Shown piece by piece: positions 19,284 through 20,000 of a DNA stretch of 20,000 bases (the first letter of the stretch is position 1; the number at the start of each line of letters is the position of its first letter). The position numbers were made by a program, and so were the translations under genes. The stretch covers positions 10,984,670 to 11,004,669 of the forward strand of contig CP154954.1 of the NCBI GenBank assembly GCA_039621445.1, written 5' to 3'. This stretch comes from Euglena gracilis (Eukaryota). Below the pieces are notes generated by a model. The model was not told where the DNA came from. It ran no database searches and saw nothing but the letters and a program-made list of their open reading frames with translations.

Positions 19284-19853
19284 ACGTGGGTAATGGCCAA
19301 TAGGCCTTGCACATCATAGGGTGTATTGGTCACATAGACCTAAAGGCCAAGTGGTTAAGTCCACAAGAGTGCATGTTTGAATGAATTTTTTTCCTTTTTT
19401 TGGGGGGGGGCAACTATGTTGCAGATTTTCTCAAGGAATTCAACTTATTTCCCTATCGGGATTCACTTCTGCAATAGGAAAAAGGCCATTTTGTTCACCA
19501 AATAGCTGTTCTTCACAAAGCTGTGCAAGTTCACGGGAAAAATGCAGTATTTGCAATGTATCCCAAAAACTTATCACACACCTTGTGTTTTTGCAAATAA
19601 CTTTGAATGATCAAAACACCTTTGGTGTTCGTCAACTTGACCAACAAGTTCGTGGTCAAAGAAGGATGGATGGCTACTTTTGTTGCTTAAGTAAACCAAA
19701 TCTGCATTTTGAGCATGTGGTTTGCAAACCAACAACAAAAGTGCCATTGTGAAATATGTACACAAACATCTTTGGGACTTATTCCCAAAAGAAGATGGTT
19801 GGGTTGGGCAGACAGACACCCATTTGTAAGATATACGCAATTGTGCGAGATTT

Positions 19854-19993
19854 GCGCTATGCACGGGTGGGGGTGGGGGGGCACATCTTGTGGGGGGGGG
19901 GCTGTTTGCGGGCTGCGCAATATGCGCGGTGGAGGGAGGTGTGCGCTATGCGCGGCGTGCAAAGCAATATGCACGCGATGAGCGCTATGCGCG
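19854..19993. repeat. Degenerate repeat with core TATGCRCG and G-rich spacers, probably continuing past the window
   Basis: gcgctatgcacg, gcaatatgcgcg, gcgctatgcgcg, gcaatatgcacg and gcgctatgcgcg within ~140 bp. Confidence 0.65.
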
Positions 19994-20000
19994 TGGAGAG

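Overview
Eukaryotic repeat-rich DNA; I recognise no host gene. Bases 1-14002 (+) are the 5'-incomplete remainder of one unusually large, lightly decayed Ty3/Gypsy chromovirus LTR retrotransposon. Its order is: gag with two CCHC knuckles around an RS-rich tract; a UAG followed by a stem-loop/pseudoknot; protease; an inserted DIRS/Dam-like N6-adenine DNA methyltransferase domain; RT; RNase H; DDE integrase; chromodomain. After that come a candidate splice acceptor, a ~1839-codon extra ORF in the env position (7349-12868, broken only by two in-frame TGAs, with an 8-Cys zinc finger near its C-terminus), a structured 3' UTR, a polypurine tract and a candidate 305-bp 3' LTR (TGTAC...GTACA). A hairpin with the invariant core GG-TATTCG-CC and co-varying stems occurs 5 times in the element. 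Bases 16526-18712 (-) are a 5'-truncated, internally deleted CRE-like non-LTR retrotransposon (RT plus restriction-like endonuclease) with a 12-bp target-site duplication, inserted into a palindrome. The rest is AT-rich non-coding DNA with short motif clusters. The best candidate for a new system is the chromovirus combining a methyltransferase domain, a chromodomain, a giant zinc-finger accessory ORF and a repeated cis motif. All domain calls are by-eye motif recognition; no searches or folding programs were run.
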